DNA of 64,000 nucleotides, taken from Terriglobia bacterium (GTDB taxonomy: Bacteria > Acidobacteriota > Terriglobia > Terriglobales > Acidobacteriaceae). The position numbers and the translations under genes are program-made. Shown here piece by piece: positions 34,738 to 43,084 of this stretch. Below the pieces are notes generated by a model. The model was not told the origin of the DNA and did no database searches. It saw only the letters and a program-made list of their open reading frames with translations. Numbering within the stretch: position 1 is the first letter of the stretch; each line of letters starts with the position of its first letter. The stretch is taken from assembly GCA_020073215.1 (NCBI GenBank), contig JAIQFO010000013.1, positions 54,343 to 118,342 on the forward strand, written 5' to 3'.

Positions 34738-34952
34738 AGCTCTCAGCTGTCAGCTCTCAGCCGTCAGTAAAACCTTGCGACAGCTGGGAGGTGACAACAG
34801 TCTACAGGACAGCTGCATTGCGGAATAATTGCGGGTCAGGAGCGAACCTTGCGTTTCCGAGAAGTTGGTGTTCCCTTGCCTTTCCTGACACCTGTGACCT
34901 TCGATTTGGAACCGGTTTTACTGACAGCTGAGAGCTGAGAGCTGACAGCTCT
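34738..34952. repeat. heptamer-word inverted repeat with a 141-nt interior (arms 34738-34773 and 34915-34952)
   Basis: The arms are reverse complements with 3 mismatches in 36. The right arm and the interior lie inside the ribH ORF 3' end. Confidence 0.8.
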
Positions 34953-35783
34953 CTTCAGATTCGCCATCTCCACCGCGGCCAGCGCCGCCTCGAATCCCTT
35001 GTTGCCCATCTTCAAGCCGGCGCGATCGATCGCCTGCTCGAGCGTCTCGCAGGTCAGGACGGCAAAGGCATGAGGAACTCCCGTTTCCTGCGCCGACTGC
35101 CCGATGCCCCGAGTCACCTCGTTCACAATCACGTCGTAGTGCGCGGTGTCGCCGCGCAGCAGGCAGCCGACGCAGAGGATTGCGTCATACTTTTTCGTTT
35201 CGGCGAGGGCGCGGGCGGCGGCGGGAATCTCAAACGACCCGGGAACCCGGATCACCGTGATACCGTCGTTTGGCGCGCCGGCCCGGCGCAGACCATCGAG
35301 GGCTCCCTGCAGCAGGCGTTCGGTGATGAAAGCGTTGAAGCGCGAGACCACGATGGCAAAGCGCTTTCCCGCCGCGTTCAATTGGCCCTCGAGCGCGGGC
35401 GCAGCTTCCTCGGGGCGGCCATGAATGGAGAGGACGATTTCTCCCGGCAACTCCAGCGAGAAGCTGCGTTCCTCGGTCTTCGGATTGGTGGCGTCGGCGA
35501 GCAGCTTAAACTTCCGCTGCTGAGCAATTTCAAACACCACGTCCGGATTCGAAACCTCGATCACCAGCAGCCGGTTCACATCCTTCAAGCGCTCGCGCAC
35601 TTCGGCCGGATATTCCTTGGCCAGCGAGTTCAAGCTGAGCAGCGCAAGCGGCGCCGACAGCATCGCCGACCTTCCATCTTCTCCGGCCACCGTTTCGAAT
35701 CCAATGGCCCGCAAAAACTCGGCAAGCACCCGCAAGTCCTTCGCATCGCTCACGTACCGTCCGATATGCAAAGATTTCAGCAT
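34836..35783 (-). CDS. ribH: 6,7-dimethyl-8-ribityllumazine synthase with an N-terminal extra domain and a repeat-derived C-terminal tail
   Basis: Residues from about 140 onward (GKRFAIVVSRFNAFITERLLQGA...GVPHAFAVLTCETLEQA...GNKGFEAALAAVEMANL) are RibH. About 135 aa precede this core, and 38 aa follow the usual end. Confidence 0.85.
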   Translation of the reverse strand: MLKSLHIGRYVSDAKDLRVLAEFLRAIGFETVAGEDGRSAMLSAPLALLSLNSLAKEYPAEVRERLKDVNRLLVIEVSNPDVVFEIAQQRKFKLLADATNPKTEERSFSLELPGEIVLSIHGRPEEAAPALEGQLNAAGKRFAIVVSRFNAFITERLLQGALDGLRRAGAPNDGITVIRVPGSFEIPAAARALAETKKYDAILCVGCLLRGDTAHYDVIVNEVTRGIGQSAQETGVPHAFAVLTCETLEQAIDRAGLKMGNKGFEAALAAVEMANLKRAVSSQLSAVSKTGSKSKVTGVRKGKGTPTSRKRKVRS

Positions 35784-35803
35784 TTCAGCTCTTCCCCGTG
35801 CTC

Positions 35804-35850
35804 GTGTGGGGACGGGCGACCTCGCCCGTCCAAGCCGAGCGAAGCTCGGC
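35804..35850. repeat. family-B element
   Basis: GTGTGGGGACGGGCGACCTCGCCCGTCC-AAGCCGAGCGAAGCTCGGC. Confidence 0.8.
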
Positions 35851-35892
35851 AGTTGCCCGTGGCCCCAGCAGCTCTGGACTCGCTATAGCCTC

Positions 35893-36675
35893 TCACTTTC
35901 CCTTGAACTGTGCGGCCCTCTTCTCCAGGAACGCCGTAGTCCCTTCCTTCTTATCCTCGGTGGCGCAGCAAACGCCAAACAAAGTCGCCTCGAGAAACAA
36001 GCCCTCGGCCAAAGTCATGTCCATGCCTTTGTTGACTGCCTCCATCGCGTAGCGCACGGCCAGCGGAGCGTTGGCGACGATTTTCGCGGCAATCGCTTCG
36101 GCGCGTGGAACCAGCTCTGCCGCTGCGACCACCTCATTGACCAGCCCGATGCGATGCGCTTCCTGCGCCGTGATCATCTCCCCGGTGAGCACCATCTGCA
36201 TCGCCAGTCCCTTGCCCACCAGCCGCGAAAGCCGCTGCGTCCCGCCATAGCCCGGAATAATTCCCAGTTTCACCTCCGGCTGGCCGAGCTTGGCGTTGTC
36301 GCTGGCGAGGCGCATGGTGCAAGCGAGCGCGAGTTCGCAGCCGCCGCCGAGCGCAAATCCGTTGATGCAGGCGATTACTGGCTTGCCCAAGTTCTCGATC
36401 AGATCGAGCACGGATTGCCCGCGATGCGTGTACTCCTTGCCCGCGACGGCATCGTGTTTCGCGAGTTCGCTGATGTCGGCGCCCGCGACAAACGCCTTCT
36501 CGCCCGCGCCGGTCAGAATGGCCACGCGGATTGAGGCGTCGGATTGAATGTCGGTAAACGCCGCCCGCAGCTCCTCCATGGTGGCCATATTGAGCGCGTT
36601 GAGCACCTTGGGACGGTTGACGGTGACGTAGGCGATGGAGTTTTTCTTTTCGAGGAGAATGTTTTCGTAGGTCAT
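35893..36675 (-). CDS. enoyl-CoA hydratase (crotonase family)
   Basis: 260 aa, VTVNRPKVLNAL, AFVAGADI, INGFALGGGCELA. Confidence 0.92.
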   Translation of the reverse strand: MTYENILLEKKNSIAYVTVNRPKVLNALNMATMEELRAAFTDIQSDASIRVAILTGAGEKAFVAGADISELAKHDAVAGKEYTHRGQSVLDLIENLGKPVIACINGFALGGGCELALACTMRLASDNAKLGQPEVKLGIIPGYGGTQRLSRLVGKGLAMQMVLTGEMITAQEAHRIGLVNEVVAAAELVPRAEAIAAKIVANAPLAVRYAMEAVNKGMDMTLAEGLFLEATLFGVCCATEDKKEGTTAFLEKRAAQFKGK

Positions 36676-36702
36676 AGATACGAATCCCGATTCTAAGCTG
36701 GC

Positions 36703-37119
36703 CTAATACCCACGCCTTTCGAGCGCAGCCAACTCTCTTTGACTCAAATCACAACCATAGCATTTGTTAAGAAAGGAGAATCGATTGATGACAGTGATTA
36801 GCCCACCGCTGAATGTTGCTCCGCAACGAGGACAAATCAGCACCCGCATCCAGATTCGCGTCACGAGCACTAGGACGACCCCCGTTAAGGCCAGTCTTCC
36901 CCAGCTCTCCGAAGGGTGGTAGCGATAACCAAAATAGCTACCAAGACCAATGCCTATCCCCAGCCAATTCAAGCGGTCCAACATCTTAAACTTCCGCCAC
37001 CATGCGAGATAACGGGCCCGCTCATCAAGAGAGAGATCTGACAGGGCATCTTCGTCCGAGGAGGGCTGTATGGTGATAGATGTCCCGAGAATTCGCATGG
37101 TATTTATCTCTACCAGCAC
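36703..37119 (-). CDS. hypothetical 2-TM protein with a C-terminal zinc-ribbon-like CPRCG...CYGC
   Basis: 138-aa ORF. GC is visibly lower than in the neighbouring genes. No family recognised; the start could instead be the ATG at 37098. Confidence 0.45.
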   Translation of the reverse strand: MLVEINTMRILGTSITIQPSSDEDALSDLSLDERARYLAWWRKFKMLDRLNWLGIGIGLGSYFGYRYHPSESWGRLALTGVVLVLVTRIWMRVLICPRCGATFSGGLITVINRFSFLNKCYGCDLSQRELAALERRGY

Positions 37120-37137
37120 TACTCCAGAAGCGCCGCT

Positions 37138-37212
37138 GTCATTCGAAGAGAAGAACCTGCGGTCTTGCGGCCATATGAGAAAGCAGGTCCTTCGCTTCGC
37201 TCAGGATGACAA
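37138..37212. repeat. family-G inverted repeat (GTCATCCTGAGCGAAGCGAAGGACCTGC type, degenerate left arm)
   Basis: GTCATTCGAAGAGAAGAACCTGC ... GCAGGTCCTTCGCTTCGCTCAGGATGACAAC. Confidence 0.7.
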
Positions 37213-37262
37213 CTCGACAATGCCTGCCTTCTGCCGCACAAAGCGGTTTTACCTCTGCAATC

Positions 37263-38156
37263 TTAGAATCTTCCCGCTACCGGCTTCGCCGGGTCCGAGT
37301 AATCGTAAAACCCGCGGCCCGACTTCCGCCCGTACCAGCCCGCCATCACCAACCGCTTCAGCAGCGGAGGCGAGGCGAAGCGGCGCTCTTTGAATTCGTC
37401 GTACATCACGTGCGTAATGTAGTAGGTCGTATCGAGGCCGACGAAATCGAGCAGCGTAAACGGGCCCATCGGATAGCCGCAGCCGAGCTTCATCGCGTTA
37501 TCGATGTCCTCGATCGAGCCCACGCCCTCTTCATAGGCGCGGACCGCATCCAGCAGATACGGCACCAGCAGCCGGTTTACGATGAATCCCGTCTTGTCCG
37601 AGGTGCGTACCGGAACCTTGCCCACCTTTTTCGCGAACTCGTAGGCCGCGTCGTACACGGCGGGATCAGTGGCAATTGTGCGCACCACCTCCACCAACTT
37701 CATCAGCGGCACAGGATTAAAAAAATGCAGCCCGATGAATCTTTCCGGGCGTTTCGTCGCCGTCAGAAGCTCGGTCACCGAGATGGAGGAAGTATTCGAG
37801 GCAAAGATCGCGTCTTTTTTCACGATGCCGTCAAGCGACGCATACATCTTCTTCTTTTCCTCAACGTTTTCGATGATGGCCTCGATGACGATGTCGCAGT
37901 CGGCCAGGTCAGCTTTGTTGGTAGTCCCTTTCAGCCGCGCCCGAATCTCGTCCTTCTGCTGCGGAGTGATTCCGCCCTTCTCCGGACCACGCTCGGCAAA
38001 CTTTCCGAGCGACTTCTCAATCCCGGCAAAGCCCTTGTCGAGATACTTCTGCTCAACTTCGAGCACGGTAACGTCGAATCCCGCCGTCGCGCAGACCTGC
38101 GCGATGCCGGAGCCCATTAAGCCACAACCTAGAACGCCGACCTTCCTGATTTCCAT
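37263..38156 (-). CDS. hbd: 3-hydroxybutyryl-CoA / 3-hydroxyacyl-CoA dehydrogenase
   Basis: MEIRKVGVLGCGLMGSGIAQV Rossmann motif; 297 aa. Confidence 0.92.
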   Translation of the reverse strand: MEIRKVGVLGCGLMGSGIAQVCATAGFDVTVLEVEQKYLDKGFAGIEKSLGKFAERGPEKGGITPQQKDEIRARLKGTTNKADLADCDIVIEAIIENVEEKKKMYASLDGIVKKDAIFASNTSSISVTELLTATKRPERFIGLHFFNPVPLMKLVEVVRTIATDPAVYDAAYEFAKKVGKVPVRTSDKTGFIVNRLLVPYLLDAVRAYEEGVGSIEDIDNAMKLGCGYPMGPFTLLDFVGLDTTYYITHVMYDEFKERRFASPPLLKRLVMAGWYGRKSGRGFYDYSDPAKPVAGRF

Positions 38157-38214
38157 AGGAATCCTTCTTGAATAAAGATCGCTAAGAACAAGTTGCGAGC
38201 AACATCAGACCTTT

Positions 38215-38508
38215 TTACCGCGACTGCCAGCGTCTCGGATTGCGCCTGCCGTGGAAGCAGGCGATTACCACGATCCGCTGCTCTTGTACCTCGAAAAATA
38301 TTCCGTAAGGAAAGCGCCTCACTCCAACACGGTGACGGCTCCGGTATACGACAGGGAATTGCAATGGATGTTCCGCTAATGCCTCAACCGTGGCCTCGAC
38401 CGCCAACGCGAAACGCTCCCCAAGCCCCGGCCGAATGTTTTCATACCATGACCGCGCTTCCAGCAAATCCTCATTCGCCTCTGGTATCCAGACGACCGGG
38501 AGTGTCAC
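38215..38508 (-). CDS. RelE/ParE-family toxin
   Basis: 97 aa, ..YGIFFEVQEQRIVVIACFHGRRNP... Overlaps the upstream antitoxin gene by 4 nt. Confidence 0.75.
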   Translation of the reverse strand: MTLPVVWIPEANEDLLEARSWYENIRPGLGERFALAVEATVEALAEHPLQFPVVYRSRHRVGVRRFPYGIFFEVQEQRIVVIACFHGRRNPRRWQSR

Positions 38509-38717
38509 GGCTTCTTAAACAGGCCCGCCCTGACTTGCTGCCACGGGATAACATCGGAAGGGTTTTGCTCATGCCGAGAGATGCGGTAATCAAGCTCCGC
38601 CCGTTGCGCATCCGTCAGCGATAGCGCGTCCGCTTCCAGGCTCTCCCAGACGGTATCCAGCAATTCTGCCTTCTCCGCAGCGGACAGGCTATTAATCTGG
38701 CTTCGCAAGTCGTTCAT
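38505..38717 (-). CDS. addiction-module antitoxin (TIGR02574-like)
   Basis: 70 aa, LSAAEKAELLDTVWESLE...LTDAQRAELDYRISRHEQNP. Confidence 0.7.
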   Translation of the reverse strand: MNDLRSQINSLSAAEKAELLDTVWESLEADALSLTDAQRAELDYRISRHEQNPSDVIPWQQVRAGLFKKP

Positions 38718-38815
38718 ACGCTTACAACCCTAGCGCGGTTTTTTCGCTCTGGCAAGCACTAGCGCGCTCCAATTCAGCCCGCTACCAAGATACTCGTCAT
38801 TCCGACAAAACGGCT

Positions 38816-40015
38816 TCACTGAAAGCTCTCCACCACCATAGCAATCCCCTGTCCCCCGCCAATGCACGCTGTTGCCAGCCCGTACTTCTTCTTCCGCCGT
38901 CGCAACTCGTACAGCAGCGTGATCACCAGCCGCGTCCCGGTCGCGCCCAGCGGATGCCCCAGCGCAATCGCTCCGCCGTTCACATTCACCTTTTCGCGAT
39001 CCAGTCCCAATTCCTTCTCCACCGCCAGATACTGCGCCGCGAACGCTTCGTTCACTTCGATCAGATCGATGTAATCCAGAGTCAAGCCCGCGCGCTGCAG
39101 CGCAATCTTCGTCGCCGGAACCGGACCGCGTCCCATCAGCTTCGGCTCGACGCCCGCGATTCCCCAATTGATAATCCGTCCCAGCGGACTCAGATTTCTT
39201 TTCTGCGCCTGCTCCAGCGACATCACCACCACCGCCGCCCCGCCGTCGACGATTCCGCTGGCATTGCCCGCCGTCACGGTTCCATTCTTTCCAAAGGCGG
39301 CCCGCAGCTTTGCCAAGCCCTCTATCGTTGTTTGAGGACGCCGGTGGTCATCCTCGGTCAGCATCTCCCCGGTCGCCTCGCCTTTCGAATTTCGCAGCGG
39401 GACCGGCGTCAGCTCTTCCTGCAAGCGTCCAGCCTTGTACGCGGCGTCGGCCGTCTGCTGCGAGCGCAGCGCGAACTCGTCCTGCGCCTGCCGCGTGATG
39501 CCTTGCTGTTCGCCATAGAGTTCTGCGGTGTTTGCCATGTACAGGCCGCAATAGGTATCGAGCAGCGCTACCATCAGAGAATCTTCCAGCTTGCCGCCCG
39601 GAGCGAGCGTAAATCCGTCGCGCCCGCGAATCGAGAACGGCGCCTGCGACATCGATTCCATGCCGCCCGCCAGCACCACCTTCGCTTCTTCGGTCTGGAT
39701 CATCTGTGCCGCGCTGACGATCGCCTGCATCCCCGACCCGCACAGCCGGTTCACGGTTAGCGCCGGAGTCTCAATCGACAAGCCCGCCCGCAACGCCGCG
39801 TGCCGCGCGCCATAAAGGGCGTCGCCCGTGGTCTGCTGCGCGTTGCCGAACACGGCATGATCGAAGTCTTTTGCGTCGACCCCCGCCCGCTCGATCGCAG
39901 CCTTCGCCGCCACCGCGCCCAGTTCCTGCGCAGTGTAATCCTTGATTTTTCCGCAATAACGTCCAAAGGGCGTACGCGCCCCGCTGACAATGGCAATGTC
40001 TCCAGGTTTCAACAT
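38816..40015 (-). CDS. acetyl-CoA C-acetyltransferase (thiolase)
   Basis: ORF 38816..40057 trimmed to the ATG at 40015 ([18 protein letters not shown]). NRLCGSG and GGGQG motifs. Confidence 0.95.
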   Translation of the reverse strand: MLKPGDIAIVSGARTPFGRYCGKIKDYTAQELGAVAAKAAIERAGVDAKDFDHAVFGNAQQTTGDALYGARHAALRAGLSIETPALTVNRLCGSGMQAIVSAAQMIQTEEAKVVLAGGMESMSQAPFSIRGRDGFTLAPGGKLEDSLMVALLDTYCGLYMANTAELYGEQQGITRQAQDEFALRSQQTADAAYKAGRLQEELTPVPLRNSKGEATGEMLTEDDHRRPQTTIEGLAKLRAAFGKNGTVTAGNASGIVDGGAAVVVMSLEQAQKRNLSPLGRIINWGIAGVEPKLMGRGPVPATKIALQRAGLTLDYIDLIEVNEAFAAQYLAVEKELGLDREKVNVNGGAIALGHPLGATGTRLVITLLYELRRRKKKYGLATACIGGGQGIAMVVESFQ

Positions 40016-40075
40016 GAGGACCAACTTATATAGAAGATTGCGCTGGCCAGAAGCCAACCTGTGAGTTTAACAGAG

Positions 40076-40120
40076 CAGCTGTCAGCTCTCAGCTGTCAGC
40101 TGTCAGTTCTTAGCTTTTGG
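40076..40120. repeat. heptamer-word single arm
   Basis: CAGCTGTCAGCTCTCAGCTGTCAGCTGTCAGTTCTTAGCTTTTGG. Confidence 0.7.
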
Positions 40121-40209
40121 GTTGAAACACGAGAAGATTGTTTCTGGGAACTCCGCCTGCTCCGCGGTTAAAGGTCTGGGGAACTCCGTGCTCCCGGCAG
40201 TGAGAAGCT

Positions 40210-42795
40210 CTACGCCACCGCCGCCGAAGCCCCGAACTGCGCTGCCTGGCACACGATCTTGCCCGCACCCAGCGCCACTGCCTGCTCGAGGGCGTGATCG
40301 GCGCGGTTGGCTACTTCGGTCACAATGTCGACCGGATCGAAATGCTGCCGCATCACCGCCTGCGCGAGGCCCGCGCTAAACTCGACTGCCCCGTCCTTGC
40401 CCGGGAAACGCACTTCGCCAAGCAGCCGGCGCAATTTTTCCACCGCCAGCAGCGCTTCTTTTTCGCCCGTGTCGCCCAGCACCAGCGCGACCGTCGTCGC
40501 TTCGTAGCGGAAGGCCAGGTCATTGGTGCGGATGTTCGCCGAAAACAGCTGCCCGATCTGTTCCATCACCGCGGTCACCGCCTGCTCGCCATGTTCCTTG
40601 ACCAACAGGCCGCGCCTTCCAAACTGCATCAGCAGCACGGTTACTGCCGTCCCTTGCTGCAGACCGCGACGGGTTTCCGCCTGCAGAAGATCGAGATACG
40701 AAGCGCGCTTCAGCAGGCCCGATTTTTCGTCGGTCACCGAAAGGTTCTTCACCAGGCGCCGCAGCCCGGCGTTATTGAGCGCGATCAATACCTGGTCGCT
40801 CAACGTCCGGATCACGAGCACCTCCGAGGCCTGCCAGACGCGGCCCGTGTTCTGGGTCAGGATCAGCACCCCAACTTGATCGTTGCCCTCGGTCAGGGGC
40901 AGAGCCAACAGCGATTGAATCTGCAACTCCTCGACTGCACTGCGCACACTGATCAGCTCGGGAGCGTTCTTGGCGTCGCTCATGGTGACCGTGCCGCGCG
41001 CCACTGCCAAGTCCTGCAGTGTTTCCACCAGGCTGACCAGCGACGCCGAACTCGCCGGAATCAGCCCTTCGGTGTGATATTCCTGCACGCTGGAGGGGGG
41101 CAGGCCGGGCTTGCGCAGGGCCGCCATACAGCGGGCCGTCCGCCAGTTCGCGCCGATTTCGGTCGCTGCCGTCTTTAAGACACCTTCCGCGTTTCCCTGG
41201 TGGTAGAGCTTGCGGGTGATGTCGGCCACTTTCGCCAGACTGGTGACGTCGGCCGCCTCGCTCGGCGTAGGCGCCACCGCCGGAACCGGCGGAACCGGCG
41301 GCTCGATGCTCGCGGCGGCCGGTGCAGGCGGCGCGGATGGCGTTGCCGACTTCGCGTACCGCGGTTCGATGCCCGCCGCCAGGTACAGCTTCTGCAGGTC
41401 ATGGTTACGTTCTTCTTCATGCGGAAACAGTTCCTGGATGCGCTGCAGACGTTCGATGGCCTTCGATCGCATGCCGTACTGCACCAGGATCTCGGCCTGC
41501 AGCATGAGGTCCTGCAAAGCGGCTGCGCCCAGGGTTGGCTCTTCGACTTTGGCCGCCTGCTCTTCCCTTTCTCGCTTCACGGTCGCGAAGCGCGATGCGA
41601 TTACGTTGAAGCGTTGATCGGCGATCTTGCCCCGCAGCGCCTCCAGCCGCTTCTGATGTCCCGGCTCGTAGGGATCGACTTCCGCGGCCCGGTCCAGACA
41701 CTCGGCCGCCTTCTCGTAATCCGGCTTCGCGCAACACATATCAAACAGCTTCAGCAGCGCATGCGCGTAGTCCGCTTCGCGATTGGACGCGTTGAACAGC
41801 TCCGCCAGGAATTCCAGCATTTCCACCGAGGGACGATGCGCGGCCAGCAATTCCTGCATGGTGGCGAGGAAGGATCGCCGTTCGCCCCGCCGCCGCTGAA
41901 ACACTTCCAGCTTCCGCGCCAGCGTGACTGCCTCCGCATCCAGTTCTAAGTCGATCATCTTTCCGATCAGGCTCACCACTTCGTGCATGCGCGCCGGATT
42001 CTGCTCGAAGATCTGCCAGATCAGCGGTTCGCTCTCGACGCACCGGTCGGCGGCGAGCAGCGCCTGGGCATACAGGTCGCGCAGTTCCGGCGATTCATCC
42101 CCGCCATGGACCAGCGGCTCGAAAATAAAGATCGCCGCCCCCGCCTCGCCTTGCGAGAGCAAGCTCTTGCCATAGGCCACGGCAATCTTCGAATCGGTTG
42201 GATTCTCGGTGTAGGCCCGCTCGAAAAACGGACTGGCGGTGGCCCCCGAGCTTTGCGCCATTTCCGCCAATTGCAAGAATGACTGCGAGGCCATCTCGTG
42301 CTCGCCCAGTTCCGACGATAATTCCGCCAGCCGCACGTGGTTGGGATGCGAGGGCTCCAGACTTACAATCCGGCGCAGGACCAGCAACGCCTCTTCTTTT
42401 CGTCCCTGGCGCTGCAAGTCTTCGAGGGCGTTTTCATAGGTCCCAACGGCCAGCTTTTTGTTTGATTGCTCTAAAAGTTGGCCAAAGCGCACTTTCTGGT
42501 CCCAGCTGGGGTTGGCGTACCGAGCCAGCTTCTTATAGGTCAGGCTGGCGCGGGTCGCCTCCGCCGCCGCCACTTGCCGGTCAAATAACTCTCCCAGCAG
42601 CCGCACCGCCTGCGCCCCTTTATTTAAGGAAAGGCACAGGTCTGCCGCGACTTGCCGCACGTTGTCATTTTGGGGATCGCCTTCCAGGATTTGGAGATAT
42701 TCCGCCAGCGCGTCGGCCGTCTTCCCCTTCTGCAACAGCTTCTCCGCCTTTTCCACGCGGCGGGCGACTTCGAGGCGATTTGGATTTTCCGGCAT
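40210..42795 (-). CDS. TPR - GAF - degenerate GGDEF multidomain protein
   Basis: 861 aa. The N-terminal roughly 480 aa are TPR-like helical repeats, followed by a P/A linker and a GAF-like region. The C-terminal GGDEF fold has RYEATTVALVL in place of RYGGDEF and LLMQFG in place of DxD. Confidence 0.7.
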   Translation of the reverse strand: MPENPNRLEVARRVEKAEKLLQKGKTADALAEYLQILEGDPQNDNVRQVAADLCLSLNKGAQAVRLLGELFDRQVAAAEATRASLTYKKLARYANPSWDQKVRFGQLLEQSNKKLAVGTYENALEDLQRQGRKEEALLVLRRIVSLEPSHPNHVRLAELSSELGEHEMASQSFLQLAEMAQSSGATASPFFERAYTENPTDSKIAVAYGKSLLSQGEAGAAIFIFEPLVHGGDESPELRDLYAQALLAADRCVESEPLIWQIFEQNPARMHEVVSLIGKMIDLELDAEAVTLARKLEVFQRRRGERRSFLATMQELLAAHRPSVEMLEFLAELFNASNREADYAHALLKLFDMCCAKPDYEKAAECLDRAAEVDPYEPGHQKRLEALRGKIADQRFNVIASRFATVKREREEQAAKVEEPTLGAAALQDLMLQAEILVQYGMRSKAIERLQRIQELFPHEEERNHDLQKLYLAAGIEPRYAKSATPSAPPAPAAASIEPPVPPVPAVAPTPSEAADVTSLAKVADITRKLYHQGNAEGVLKTAATEIGANWRTARCMAALRKPGLPPSSVQEYHTEGLIPASSASLVSLVETLQDLAVARGTVTMSDAKNAPELISVRSAVEELQIQSLLALPLTEGNDQVGVLILTQNTGRVWQASEVLVIRTLSDQVLIALNNAGLRRLVKNLSVTDEKSGLLKRASYLDLLQAETRRGLQQGTAVTVLLMQFGRRGLLVKEHGEQAVTAVMEQIGQLFSANIRTNDLAFRYEATTVALVLGDTGEKEALLAVEKLRRLLGEVRFPGKDGAVEFSAGLAQAVMRQHFDPVDIVTEVANRADHALEQAVALGAGKIVCQAAQFGASAAVA

Positions 42796-43084
42796 GGATG
42801 GTGACGGTCTTCGGACAGAGAGTTCCGTCTTCGATTCTAGGATTCACCCTGCGCACCAGCAACGCGGTTACCCCTCCCCGCGATTACGAAAGTCATGCAG
42901 GGGCTCGTTCTGCGCTGCAGCGAAGCTGCTCAACTCCTCGATTAGGCCGAAGACCCGGCCGCAAAAAGCAGAGGGCCTAACGGTGTGTGGGAGTTCGGTC
43001 GCCCCGCCCCTGGGGTTGGACCGACGAAGTACCACTTTTCTCCTCCGCACTCGCCTGTTTCTGATATACGAATACGAGCCCTTT

